From contig JBPRGF010000031.1 in assembly GCA_051418015.1 (NCBI GenBank), positions 96,001 to 160,000 on the forward strand: DNA of 64,000 nucleotides, in the 5' to 3' direction. The notes below the pieces were generated by a model. It was not told the origin of the DNA. It did no database searches and was given only the letters and a program-made list of their open reading frames with translations. Below are positions 1 through 9,420 of the stretch, one piece after another (the first letter of the stretch is position 1; every line of letters starts with the position of its first letter). Source of the stretch: Candidatus Nitrospinota bacterium M3_3B_026 (lineage in GTDB: Bacteria > Nitrospinota_A > UBA7883 > JBPRGF01). The position numbers were made by a program, and so were the translations under genes.

Positions 1-175
1 AGCCGCGGTGCAGGTAGCCGATCTCCACGTCTATGTCCTCGATGGTCTCGCCGTCGAGGGTGAGCAGGAACCGGACGGTGCCATGGGTCGCCGGGTGCGA
101 CGGGCCCATGTTGAGCGTCATCCGCTCGGTGTGATGCTCCTCGTGGAAGTCGTAGTCCTTCTCCATCGCCTTCAT
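1..175 (-). CDS. nuoD: NADH-quinone oxidoreductase subunit D (5' part only; runs off the window edge)
   Basis: Manual translation gives [58 protein letters not shown], with the NuoD motifs GPSHPxTHG and GYLHRG; lies directly after nuoC. Confidence 0.95.
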   Translation of the reverse strand, partial: MKAMEKDYDFHEEHHTERMTLNMGPSHPATHGTVRFLLTLDGETIEDIDVEIGYLHRG

Positions 176-183
176 CTTTCCCT

Positions 184-702
184 TCAGTTCCTCGGCCCGA
201 TCAGCGGCTGGCGCTTCTTTTTCGGGTAATCCTTACGCAACGGGTGGCCCTCGAACTGTTCGTATAGCAGTATCCTGCGAAGGTCGGGGTGGCCCGTGAA
301 CTTCACACCGTAAAGGTCCCACGCCTCGCGCTCGAACCAGTCCGCCCCGGCCCATACGCCGGTGACGGTAGATATCTCCGGATTCTCCCCGGAAAGCGGC
401 GCCTTCACCCTAAGCCTGTGGTTTTTCTCCACGGAGTAGAGGTGGTAGACAACCTCGAACCGCGCGCCGCGCTCTTTCATGTACGGCCAGAAATCGGGAT
501 CGTTCAGATAGTCCACGACGGTAAGGTCCATCATCATGTCAAAACGCGTCTCCCCGTCGTCGCGCAAAAAGCGCATGACATCGACGACATCCTCCGGCCG
601 GACGACGATCGTGTCGTCGCCATGCTGGCTGTGGGTGTGTATGAGCGTGCCCGATCCTCCAAACCGCTCGGCCACCCTCGCCATCACCGCCGAATCCGCC
701 AT
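184..702 (-). CDS. nuoC: NADH-quinone oxidoreductase subunit C
   Basis: Motifs [35 protein letters not shown] and GHPLRKDYP. Confidence 0.96.
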   Translation of the reverse strand: MADSAVMARVAERFGGSGTLIHTHSQHGDDTIVVRPEDVVDVMRFLRDDGETRFDMMMDLTVVDYLNDPDFWPYMKERGARFEVVYHLYSVEKNHRLRVKAPLSGENPEISTVTGVWAGADWFEREAWDLYGVKFTGHPDLRRILLYEQFEGHPLRKDYPKKKRQPLIGPRN

Positions 703-721
703 ACCCTCTTCTCCTGGCCCT

Positions 722-1270
722 CTAGCCCGTTATTTTCCTGTCGTCGGCCTCGCCGACGGGCGATATGCCGCTGGCGAGCTTCATCTGGCCGCGGGTACCC
801 GCCACCTTCTGCTGCAGTTTTATCAGCCCGTCCAGCACCATCTCCGGCCGCGGAGGGCAGCCGGGGACGTAGACGTCCACCGGGATCAGCGTGTCGATCC
901 CCTGGACCGTGGCGTAGTTGTCGTACATCCCGCCGGAGAGGGTGCACGCCCCGAAGGCGTAAACCCATTTCGGCTCGGCCATCTGGTTGTAAACCTTCAC
1001 CAGGATCGGCGCCTGCTTGTGGCTGATCGTCCCCACCACCATCAGAAGGTCCGCCTGCCTGGGAGAAAACCTGGGCAGCGCCGCGCCGAACCTGTCTATG
1101 TCATATCTCGGCCCCGCCACGCTCATGAACTCCATCCCGCAGCAGGCCGTCACGAACGGGTACAGGAAAAAGCTGTACTTGCGGCCCCAGGATATTATCG
1201 AGTCGAGCTTGGTTATTATGACGCTGTCGGAGAGCGCCGCCGCGGCCCTGTCCTCGTCCGTCACTCCCAT
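722..1270 (-). CDS. nuoB: NADH-quinone oxidoreductase subunit B
   Basis: TACCGMEF, SPRQAD, GACT and VDVYVPGCPPRPE (N2 cluster ligands); start taken at ATG 1270, overlapping the nuoA end. Confidence 0.96.
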   Translation of the reverse strand: MGVTDEDRAAAALSDSVIITKLDSIISWGRKYSFFLYPFVTACCGMEFMSVAGPRYDIDRFGAALPRFSPRQADLLMVVGTISHKQAPILVKVYNQMAEPKWVYAFGACTLSGGMYDNYATVQGIDTLIPVDVYVPGCPPRPEMVLDGLIKLQQKVAGTRGQMKLASGISPVGEADDRKITG

Positions 1271-1620
1271 TCCAAGGCTCCCTTCTTCCACACGTAGACA
1301 AGCCCCGCCGCCAGTATGGCGATGAAGACCATCATCTCCACGAACCCGAAAATCCCCAGCGGCTGGAATATCACCGCCCAGGGGAACAGGAACACCGCCT
1401 CTATGTCGAACACGATGAACAGCATCGCGACCAGGTAGAACCGGACGGAGAACCGCAGCTTCGGCGAGACGATCTGGTTCTCGCCGCACTCGAAGGGCTC
1501 CATCTTCTCCCGGAACCGAACCTTCGGCCCCAGGAACTCCGAAAGCCCCAGCATCACCGCCGCGACACCCGCCGCCGCGAGCAACATCAAAAGGACCGGA
1601 ACGTACTGGTTCAGCTCCAT
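1261..1620 (-). CDS. nuoA: NADH-quinone oxidoreductase subunit A
   Basis: PFECGE loop, FYLVAMLFIVFDIE, C-terminal WKKGALEWE; three TM segments. Confidence 0.97.
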   Translation of the reverse strand: MELNQYVPVLLMLLAAAGVAAVMLGLSEFLGPKVRFREKMEPFECGENQIVSPKLRFSVRFYLVAMLFIVFDIEAVFLFPWAVIFQPLGIFGFVEMMVFIAILAAGLVYVWKKGALEWE

Positions 1621-1677
1621 GCCGCGCCGCCTCCCTGCCGCGAATCCGCCCCCCGCCCCGTCGGGCGAAGCGGGGAG

Positions 1678-1705
1678 AGTCTAACATCCTCAACCGTCAT
1701 GTCAA
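1678..1705 (-). promoter_or_regulatory. Putative sigma70 promoter for nuoA
   Basis: Minus strand reads TTGACA-16 nt-TAGACT with a TG extension, in the 99-bp gap upstream of nuoA. Confidence 0.6.
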
Positions 1706-1719
1706 ACAAACCGAAAAGC

Positions 1720-4275
1720 TTATCCATCGGCCTTTTTTATCCTCACGAAGGTGGCCGCGTCGCCCCTGTACACGAGGCGATACGCCGGCGCGTCCTCGAA
1801 AGACTTCGGCATGAACACGGTCCCCTTGGGAGATTTTCCGGTCACGGCCGCCACGGCTTTTATCGACCCCTGCCGGGACTCCACGGTGACGGCGTCTCCG
1901 TCCTTCAGCCCCTCCGCCCCGGCGTCCTCCGGGTTGATCTCGACGAACGCCGCGGGCTCTATGCCGTTCAGCGCCTCGCTCTCGCGGCTCAGCCCGTCGA
2001 GATGGAAAAGCGAGTTCCCGATAAGCGCAAGGTAAGGATAGGCGCCGTCCTTTTTGATCTGGAGCGGCGACGGGTCGAACTCGAACGCCCTGCCCTTCCC
2101 CCTGGCCCCGGGGTATGACACCCTCCCCGCGCCGCCCTCGGCCACATCGGTGTATCCGGGAACCTTTTGGGCTATCTCGCCGGTTATCTGGGCGGCGCTG
2201 GCGTAGCTGATATCCATCCCCGCGGCCTGGGCCATCGCCTGGAATATCTCCCATTCCGGTTTCGACTCGCCCTTCGGCTCCACGGCTTTGCGGACGAGCT
2301 GCGGCCTGCCCTCGTTGTTCGTATACGTCCCGTCCCGCTCCGGCTGGACGCAGGCGGGCAGGATCACGTCCGCCAGCCCGGCCGTCTCGGTCATGAACGA
2401 CTCCGTGACGGCGACGAACTCGGCGGCCTGTATCGCCTCGCGGATGAACTCCCCGTCCGGGTAGTGGACCGTCGGGTCCGCGCCGGCCACCACGAGGGCT
2501 TTCAGCGTCCCCTCGGCCAGGTCGTGGAAAATGTCTCTGCCGGCCGCAGGCTGGCTCCCGCCCTTTTCGTATCCCGGCAGGCGCGAGGGAGCGACGCCCA
2601 TGTCGGTGACGCCCTGGGTGTTGCAATACTCCCTGTAAAGCAGCGCCTCGCCGCCCGCGAGGCGGGCCAGGTTCGACAGGGCTTTCACTATCTCCAACCC
2701 CTTCGGGTGGTCGTGTATCTGCTTTCCTATGAAAACGAGCGGCGCGCCGCGTTCGGCCATCCCCCGGGCGGCGGCCTCGATCTTCTCCAACGGAACACCG
2801 GTGGTCTCGGCGGCCTCTTTCGGATCGACAGCGCCGGCCGTCTTCACAAGCAAAGAAGGATCGTCGACCCCGTCCGCCGCCGACGCCGGATCGATCGCTC
2901 CCTCCCCTTCGGCCATCAGCCGGATCAGCGCGGCCGCAAGCGCGGCTTCCGTCCCGTATTCGTACCGCAACCTCAAAAGCTCGTTCGGCTGGAAGCCGGT
3001 CTCGCGGCTGTCGGCTACGTAAAGCGGCGTCCCGTGGTCACGCATGGCCATGCGGACCATGTTGGCTATCACCGGGTTCTCCCGCGCCGCGTCCAGCCCG
3101 AAGAAGAAGAACGACCCGGCCTTCTCTATCCTCTCGTAGCTTATTATCGGAGCGGAGGCTCCGAACGTCTCAAAAAGCCCGGAGTTGAGCTCCGGCGCCC
3201 TCATGTTCGACATGGTGTCGAGCCGTTCAACCTTGAAGCCCTCCCTGAAAACCTTCTGGAGCAGGTAGGCGTCCTCGTTGGTGATCCTCTCCGAGGCCAG
3301 GACGGCCACGGAGTCCGGCCCGTGTTTTTTGACTGTCTCGTTGAGCCTGTCCACGACGGTCTTCACGGCCTCGTCCCAGGAGACCGGCTCGTGTTTCATG
3401 TTCTTGCGGACGAGCGGCTTTGTAAGCCTCCCCTCGGCGCTGAACGCCTCGAACCCGAATCGCCCCCTGGCGCACAGGTTCCCGGTGTTGATACCGATAT
3501 CGTCGCCGGAGGTTATCCGCGCTATGAGCCCGTTCTTGACGTTTACGTGATACGAGCAGCCCACGGCGCAGTGGGGGCAGACGGTCCGGACTTTTTCAAC
3601 CTCCCAGGAGCGGACCGGCAGGACGATGGCGCTGCTTATCGCCCCCACGGGACAGACGGACAGGCACTGCCCGCAGAAGTCGCAGTCCAGCGTCTCGGAG
3701 CCGACAGGCTTGACCCTGGCGGCGTAACCCGCGCCGTCGAACTCCAGCGCCGCCACGCCCTGTATCTCCCGGCATATCTTCACGCACCGCTCGCACATGA
3801 CGCACAGGTTCTTGTCGTAGCGCAGCACGTTCCAGTCCGCCAGCGGGACGCGCGTCCTTTCCGCCGTGGCGAATATCTGGTTTGTCACCCCCAGCTCGAA
3901 GGTCATGTCCTGAAGCGAGCACTCGCCAGACCGCTCGCACACGGGGCAGTCCAGCGGATGGTTGACGAGGATGAACCGCATCATCTGCTGGCGGTAGCGG
4001 GCAAGCTGTTCGCTCTCCGTGGTGACGGCCATCCCGTCGGCCGCCGGCGTGGCGCAGGACATGACGGGCCCGTCCACCCCCTCCACCTCCACCGAGCAGA
4101 CCCTGCACGAGCCTATGGGCAGAAGTTTTTTGAGGTAGCAGAAAGTGGGGATGTAGACGCCCATCTTCGTTGCGGCGTTGAGTATCGTCGTCCCGGCGGG
4201 AACCTCCACGGACGCGCCGTTAATGGTCAGCGTGACCGAGCCGGTGATATCCGTCGGCGCGGCGGTCTCGATCAC
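1720..4275 (-). CDS. NuoG/SfrA-like Fe-S oxidoreductase (molybdopterin-oxidoreductase fold), probable NADPH oxidoreductase alpha subunit
   Basis: 2Fe-2S region PTFCY...GSCRVC...SC, HPLDCPVCERSGECSLQD, two CxxCxxC ferredoxin motifs and CPHCAVGC...LCARG; no Cys at the formate-dehydrogenase Mo-ligand position; GTG start overlaps the upstream stop (GTGA). Confidence 0.85.
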   Translation of the reverse strand: MIETAAPTDITGSVTLTINGASVEVPAGTTILNAATKMGVYIPTFCYLKKLLPIGSCRVCSVEVEGVDGPVMSCATPAADGMAVTTESEQLARYRQQMMRFILVNHPLDCPVCERSGECSLQDMTFELGVTNQIFATAERTRVPLADWNVLRYDKNLCVMCERCVKICREIQGVAALEFDGAGYAARVKPVGSETLDCDFCGQCLSVCPVGAISSAIVLPVRSWEVEKVRTVCPHCAVGCSYHVNVKNGLIARITSGDDIGINTGNLCARGRFGFEAFSAEGRLTKPLVRKNMKHEPVSWDEAVKTVVDRLNETVKKHGPDSVAVLASERITNEDAYLLQKVFREGFKVERLDTMSNMRAPELNSGLFETFGASAPIISYERIEKAGSFFFFGLDAARENPVIANMVRMAMRDHGTPLYVADSRETGFQPNELLRLRYEYGTEAALAAALIRLMAEGEGAIDPASAADGVDDPSLLVKTAGAVDPKEAAETTGVPLEKIEAAARGMAERGAPLVFIGKQIHDHPKGLEIVKALSNLARLAGGEALLYREYCNTQGVTDMGVAPSRLPGYEKGGSQPAAGRDIFHDLAEGTLKALVVAGADPTVHYPDGEFIREAIQAAEFVAVTESFMTETAGLADVILPACVQPERDGTYTNNEGRPQLVRKAVEPKGESKPEWEIFQAMAQAAGMDISYASAAQITGEIAQKVPGYTDVAEGGAGRVSYPGARGKGRAFEFDPSPLQIKKDGAYPYLALIGNSLFHLDGLSRESEALNGIEPAAFVEINPEDAGAEGLKDGDAVTVESRQGSIKAVAAVTGKSPKGTVFMPKSFEDAPAYRLVYRGDAATFVRIKKADG

Positions 4276-6251
4276 TGTCCGCCCTCCTTTTCGAGCTTGG
4301 GAACAACGCAGGCCATGCCGACTATGTAGCAGCGCATGCACCTGGCCGCCTCCTCCATCGCCTGTTCCTGGGTGTAGCCGATCTCCACCTCCTCGAAGGT
4401 TTTCAGCTTCTTCTCCCGGTCGCAGATCGGCATCGGCTTGCGCTTCCAGCCGTCCGGCTGGGGTATCACCTCGTCCTTGTCGTAGGCGCCGATCCCGGAG
4501 ATGATCTTCTCCAGTATCTGATCGTCGGTTATCCTCACCGGCTCGCCGTTCAGGTACTGGCTGATGCTCTGGGCGGCGCGCCTGCCGTGCCCGACGGCGG
4601 TGACAAGCGTCAGCGGGCCGGTCACGCAGTCGCCACCGGCAAAGACGTCCGGGACGTCGGTCCTCAACGTGTCGTCGTCCACCACGGGGTTGTCCCACTT
4701 GGTGATCTTTATCCTGTCGTCCTCTTTCAGGTAGAAGATGTCGCAATCCTGCCCGATGGCCGATATCACGCAGTCGCAGTCTATGACATGCTCTGAGCCC
4801 TCTATCGGCACAGGCCGCCTCCTGCCGCTGTCGTCGGGGGGGCCAAGCTCCATCTTCACGGACTCAAGCCCGACGACCTTGCCGTCCTTGGCGATGAGGC
4901 TTTTCGGCGCCTCCAGGAACATGTACTCAACACCCTCGTCCAGCGACTCGTGATACTCGTGCGGGTCGGCGGGCAACTCTTTTTCGGTTCTGCGGTAGAC
5001 GACGGTGACCTTCGAGCCGAGCCGGGCGAAGGTCCGGGCGCAGTCCATGGCCGTGTTGCCGCCGCCGACGACGAGGACATGCTCGCGATGCGGGACGGGG
5101 CAGGTGTTGAGCTTTATCATCTTCAGGATGTCCACGCCGGGATAGAAGCCGTCGTAGCCCTCCTTCTCGCCCTCGACCCTCATGTCCTTGGGTATGTCGC
5201 CGCCGGTGGCCAGGTATATCGCCTTGAAGCCGCTGTCCCGCAGGCTCTTGAACGTCTCGTCCCTGCCGAAGTGTACTCCGAATTTAAACTCCACCCCAAG
5301 GCTCTCGACGTACTCCCACTCGCGCCTCAGGACCTCGTTGGGGATGCGGTACTGCGGGATGCCCGTGTAGGCCGCGCCGCCGGCGCCGTCGAGCTTCTCG
5401 AAGATCGTAACCCGGAACCCCATCAGCGCGAGGTAATAGGCGCAGGAGACACCCGAAGGCCCGCCGCCGATGATGGCCACCTTCTCTTCCCGGGCATGCA
5501 TGTTGGGATTGGAGGGAGGCTCCGCCTCGCTCAGGTCCTCGTAGTCCCAGGCGAACCTCTTGATCTTGCAGATGGCCAGCGGCTCGTCCACGTTGGCCCG
5601 GCGGCAGTTGTTCTCGCACGGGTGAAAGCAGGCCCGGCCGAGGGAGTTGGCCATGGGGCTGGCTTTGCGGATGGTGGCCAGCGACCCGGCGAAATCCTCT
5701 TCTTTGACCTGTTCTATATATAAAGGTATGTCCATTCCCGTGGGGCAGGCCGACGTGCAGGGCGCGGTCATCTTGTACGGATACTGGAACCCGCCCTTCT
5801 TTCTGGCCCCGGCGGCGGCCTTCATGAAGTCCCTGTCGAAATGCTTCAGGGCGTCCGCTATCGGCTCCGGGCCGAGCTGGCCTATGCCGCACTTGGAGTT
5901 TTTGGAGACGGAGTCGATGAGCGTCTCCAGCCGCTCCAGGTCCTCCCTGGAGCCTGAGCCCTCGGATATTTTGAAGAGGATATCCTCCATCACCTTCGTG
6001 CCCACCCGGCAGGGGAAACACTTGGCGCAGGAGCTGGCCTGCAACGCCCTGGCATAATGATACGCCGCCTCCACAGCGTCGAAGGGCTCTTTGACGGCGA
6101 TCACCCCGCCCCAGCCTATGAAGCCGGTCATGTCCCGGTCCTTGTCAAAAGCCTCCGGCAGCTTGACCCTGGGGGCGTCGGCCCACTCTTCGGGGGCCTT
6201 TCCCCTGTTGTCCACGATCTCGCCGAGCCAGGAGCTGAACAGAACTTTCAT
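4272..6251 (-). CDS. SfrB-like FAD/Fe-S NADPH oxidoreductase beta subunit (NuoF-type 4Fe-4S domain plus GltD-like domain)
   Basis: N-terminus FSSW..IVDNR recalls Geobacter SfrB; SCAKCFPCRVG...SKCGIG; APCTSACP, GRACFHPCENNCRR, IIGGGPSG, VVGGGNTAMD, YRR, FAGGD. Confidence 0.85.
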   Translation of the reverse strand: MKVLFSSWLGEIVDNRGKAPEEWADAPRVKLPEAFDKDRDMTGFIGWGGVIAVKEPFDAVEAAYHYARALQASSCAKCFPCRVGTKVMEDILFKISEGSGSREDLERLETLIDSVSKNSKCGIGQLGPEPIADALKHFDRDFMKAAAGARKKGGFQYPYKMTAPCTSACPTGMDIPLYIEQVKEEDFAGSLATIRKASPMANSLGRACFHPCENNCRRANVDEPLAICKIKRFAWDYEDLSEAEPPSNPNMHAREEKVAIIGGGPSGVSCAYYLALMGFRVTIFEKLDGAGGAAYTGIPQYRIPNEVLRREWEYVESLGVEFKFGVHFGRDETFKSLRDSGFKAIYLATGGDIPKDMRVEGEKEGYDGFYPGVDILKMIKLNTCPVPHREHVLVVGGGNTAMDCARTFARLGSKVTVVYRRTEKELPADPHEYHESLDEGVEYMFLEAPKSLIAKDGKVVGLESVKMELGPPDDSGRRRPVPIEGSEHVIDCDCVISAIGQDCDIFYLKEDDRIKITKWDNPVVDDDTLRTDVPDVFAGGDCVTGPLTLVTAVGHGRRAAQSISQYLNGEPVRITDDQILEKIISGIGAYDKDEVIPQPDGWKRKPMPICDREKKLKTFEEVEIGYTQEQAMEEAARCMRCYIVGMACVVPKLEKEGGQ

Positions 6252-6422
6252 AAACAGGAGACGGTCAGGTTTTCAAAAGAGTCGCGTTTGACATTCGCTC
6301 TCGTTCCGGCGCATGAATCTTTCGCATGTTCAAATCCGAGCGACGTTTATTGCAGAGAATCTCACGATCCAACCGGGCGCGCGAAGAAGCCCCCCCGAAC
6401 TTTCCTGAGCGCCGGATTGTGA

Positions 6423-6451
6423 TTTATAAACAAAGAGAGAGGAGAAATCAA
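6423..6451 (-). promoter_or_regulatory. Putative sigma70 promoter for the sfrBA-like genes
   Basis: Minus strand TTGATT-17 nt-TATAAA in an AT-rich divergent intergenic region. Confidence 0.4.
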
Positions 6452-6627
6452 GCCTAAATTTAGATAAATTTTCAATCAAAAGGATTCCGCGCCTGGCCTT
6501 TTGCTTCCGGCGGCCGCGAAAACCGCGGCGCGCGGGCGCGATATCGTTCGGCGAAAAGGCATGATATTATTGAGTCATCGCTAAAACCAGAAGCCAGGCG
6601 GCCGGCGCGGATGGGGGGGGGCCGCGG

Positions 6628-9420
6628 ATGATTTCTTCAGACCGCGCGGGCCGGGACGATAATATGAGCGACGCCGAATATCCAGCGAAGGAAAGGTTCA
6701 CCTCCGACATCACGCGAGGGTACGTCCTTGCCCTGGGGCTTATCGCGTCTCTCGTGCTCTCGGCTTACTGGGCTCATCACAGGTACGTTCAGGCTCTGGA
6801 GGCGGGCTCTTCGCTGATAAACATAAGCGGCCGCCAGAGGATGCTCTCGCAGAGGGTGGCGCTTTTCTCCCTTCGCCTCAGCGGCGCGGACACCGCCGAG
6901 GAGCGGGAAAACGCCCGTATGAAATTGCTGGAGGCGCTGGCCCTGATGGAGGAGAGTCACCGCGGGCTGATCGAGAAAGCCGTCTCTCCAGCCGCCCGGG
7001 CCATCCTGTTCGAAGACCCCGTCCGGCTGGATGAGCGCGTCAAGGTGTTCCTCGCGGAGGCCGGAGCCCTCGCCGACGAGCCGCCGTCTGGCCCCGGCGC
7101 CGCCGATCCGCGCCTCGCCCGGATACTCGCCGCCGCCGAGGGGCCGCTGGTGGACGGGCTGGACGCTTTCGTCGGGGCGTTCGAGCAGTCCAGCGAAGAG
7201 GCGACCGCGTTCATGGACAAGCTCCAGCTTGGCGCGGCGGCGCTGATACTGATCGTTCTGGGCGTGGAGGGTGTCTTTATTTTCAAGCCCATGGCGCGCC
7301 GGGTCGGCGAGAGGACGGCGCGTCTTCTGAAAAACGAAAAAGAGCTCAGGCTCATCACCTCCACCATGGGCGAAGGGCTGTATGTGACCGATAGCGCCGG
7401 GCTGATAACCTTCGTGAACCCAGAGGCGGAGCGCCTGCTGGGGTTCGAGAAAGGAGAGCTTCTGGGAGAGCGGGCGGCGGGCGTGGAAAGGGAATATTGC
7501 AACGGAGTGTTCGACCCGGAGGAGGCCGCGGGGAACGGCGGAGCGGCGGGGTGCAGGTCGGAGGACGCTGTCTTTTTCCGCAAGGATGGCGAGGCGTTCC
7601 CCGCCTCCTGCGTCTGTACGCCGATAGAGGAGAAAAGCGGGATAAAAGGCTTTGTAACGGTTTTCCGGGACATCACCGCGCGGAGGATGGCCGAGGAGGA
7701 GCTGCGCAAGGCCCGGGACGAGCTGGAGGATCGGGTAAAGGAGGCGACGGCTGAGCTGATGGCGGCCAACGAGCATCTCCGGCTGGAGGTGGCCGACCGC
7801 AAGAGGGCGGAGGAGGCGCTCCGCGAGTCCGAGGAGAAGTACCGCGTCCTCATAGAGCGCGCCAACGACGGGATCGTCATAATTCAGGACGGCGTCATCA
7901 AGTATATGAACCCCTCCGCTTTCGAGATGATCGGGTACGGCCCGGAGGAGGCTCTGGGGGCCGATTTCACGAAATTAGTCCATCCCGAGCATCTGCCAAT
8001 CGCGGTGGAGCGCTACAGGCGCCGCATGGCGGGCGAGGACGTCCCGGCGGTGTACGAGACGAAGCTTCTTCACAAGAACGGAGACATGGTGGACGTGGAG
8101 GTCAACGCGGGGCTCGTGGACTATGAGGGCGGGCCCGCGGACATGGTGTTCCTTCGCGACATCGCGGAAAGGAAACGCGCGGAGATGGAGGTCCGCTCGG
8201 CCCACGCCGAGACCGAGCAGCTGCTTGGCGCCGTCCCCTCGATCCTGATCGGGGTGGACGACAATCAGAGGGTTACGCGATGGAACAAGGCGGCGGAGAC
8301 CGTTTTCGGGATCGGGGCGGAAGACGCCATCGGGAAAAAGTTCTTCGAACTCGGCATAAAATGGGACTGGGACGCCGTGTCGAAACAGCTTTCCGGCTGC
8401 CTCGCCGGCGGCGGCATGTGCCGCATCGACGACATCCCCTATATCCGCCCCGACGGCAAGAACGGCTTTCTGGGGTTCACCTTCACGCCCATATACACGG
8501 ACTCGGGCAATTTCGGCGCGTTCCTGGCCCTGGGGGCGGACATAACGGACAGGAAGATACTGGAGGGCCAGCTCGCCCAGGCCCAGAAGCTCGAGTCCAT
8601 AGGCCAGCTGGCCGCGGGGATAGCCCACGAGATAAACACCCCAACCCAGTACGTCGGCGACAACATCCGGTTTTTCCACGACGTTTACGAGGACTTCGTC
8701 AAGCTGCTCGAAGCCTACGGCGAGTTGCTGGAGGCGGCGAAGAATGGGCGGGTCACGGAGGACATCGCCGAGAAGGTGGAAAAAACCGCCGAGGAGATAG
8801 ATATCGAGTACCTGCTGGAGGAGATACCAAAGGCCATAGAACAGTCCCTGGCGGGCGTGGAGCGGGTGGCGAAAATCGTCCGCGCCATGAAGGAGTTCTC
8901 GCACCCCGGCGCGGAGGAGAAGGCGGCGATGGACCTGAACAAGGCCATAGAGAGCACCATCACCGTGGCGAGGAACGAGTGGAAATACGTGGCGGAGATG
9001 GAGACCGACTTCGACCAGTCGCTGCCGTCCGTTCCCATCCTGCCCGGGGAGTTCAACCAGGTGATCCTGAATCTCATAATAAACGCCGCCCATGCCATAG
9101 CGGACGTCGTGGGCGACGGCGGCGGCGGCAAGGGAAAAATAAAAATCTCCACCCGGAAAAAGGAGGGGTATGCCGAGATACGAATCTCCGACACGGGAGG
9201 CGGCATCCCGGACGATATAACCCACAGGATATTCGACCCTTTCTTCACGACGAAGGACGTCGGGAAGGGGACGGGGCAGGGGCTTGCCATCGCGCGGTCG
9301 GCGATAGTGGACAAGCACAACGGGAAGATAACCTTCGACACCGAGCCGGGCAGAGGTACGACGTTCATGGTCCGCCTGCCGCTCGGCGATGAGGCGTCTT
9401 CGGCGAGGGAGGGCATGTAA
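6628..9420 (+). CDS. Membrane sensor histidine kinase with PilJ/NarX-type periplasmic domain and three PAS domains
   Basis: TM, then INISGRQRMLSQR, then TM; PAS repeats; H-box AHEINTP; NLIINAAHA, DTGGGIP, FDPFFTTK, GKGTGQGL; alternative start at ATG 6664. Confidence 0.92.
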   Translation: MISSDRAGRDDNMSDAEYPAKERFTSDITRGYVLALGLIASLVLSAYWAHHRYVQALEAGSSLINISGRQRMLSQRVALFSLRLSGADTAEERENARMKLLEALALMEESHRGLIEKAVSPAARAILFEDPVRLDERVKVFLAEAGALADEPPSGPGAADPRLARILAAAEGPLVDGLDAFVGAFEQSSEEATAFMDKLQLGAAALILIVLGVEGVFIFKPMARRVGERTARLLKNEKELRLITSTMGEGLYVTDSAGLITFVNPEAERLLGFEKGELLGERAAGVEREYCNGVFDPEEAAGNGGAAGCRSEDAVFFRKDGEAFPASCVCTPIEEKSGIKGFVTVFRDITARRMAEEELRKARDELEDRVKEATAELMAANEHLRLEVADRKRAEEALRESEEKYRVLIERANDGIVIIQDGVIKYMNPSAFEMIGYGPEEALGADFTKLVHPEHLPIAVERYRRRMAGEDVPAVYETKLLHKNGDMVDVEVNAGLVDYEGGPADMVFLRDIAERKRAEMEVRSAHAETEQLLGAVPSILIGVDDNQRVTRWNKAAETVFGIGAEDAIGKKFFELGIKWDWDAVSKQLSGCLAGGGMCRIDDIPYIRPDGKNGFLGFTFTPIYTDSGNFGAFLALGADITDRKILEGQLAQAQKLESIGQLAAGIAHEINTPTQYVGDNIRFFHDVYEDFVKLLEAYGELLEAAKNGRVTEDIAEKVEKTAEEIDIEYLLEEIPKAIEQSLAGVERVAKIVRAMKEFSHPGAEEKAAMDLNKAIESTITVARNEWKYVAEMETDFDQSLPSVPILPGEFNQVILNLIINAAHAIADVVGDGGGGKGKIKISTRKKEGYAEIRISDTGGGIPDDITHRIFDPFFTTKDVGKGTGQGLAIARSAIVDKHNGKITFDTEPGRGTTFMVRLPLGDEASSAREGM

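Noticed and set aside
1720..4275. Formate dehydrogenase or nitrate reductase catalytic subunit
   Set aside because: No Cys or Sec at the Mo-ligand position and no Tat signal; fits NuoG/SfrA better
4272..6251. Glutamate synthase small subunit gltD
   Set aside because: It has an extra N-terminal NuoF-like Fe-S domain, no gltB is adjacent, and it is coupled to a NuoG-like gene
6417..6433. Rex or CRP/FNR box TTGTGATTTATAAACAA
   Set aside because: Spacing is one base short of either consensus and the right half-site matches poorly
6613..6621. G9 tract as a phase-variation switch for the kinase
   Set aside because: It lies upstream of both plausible starts, and G runs are common in this GC-rich sequence
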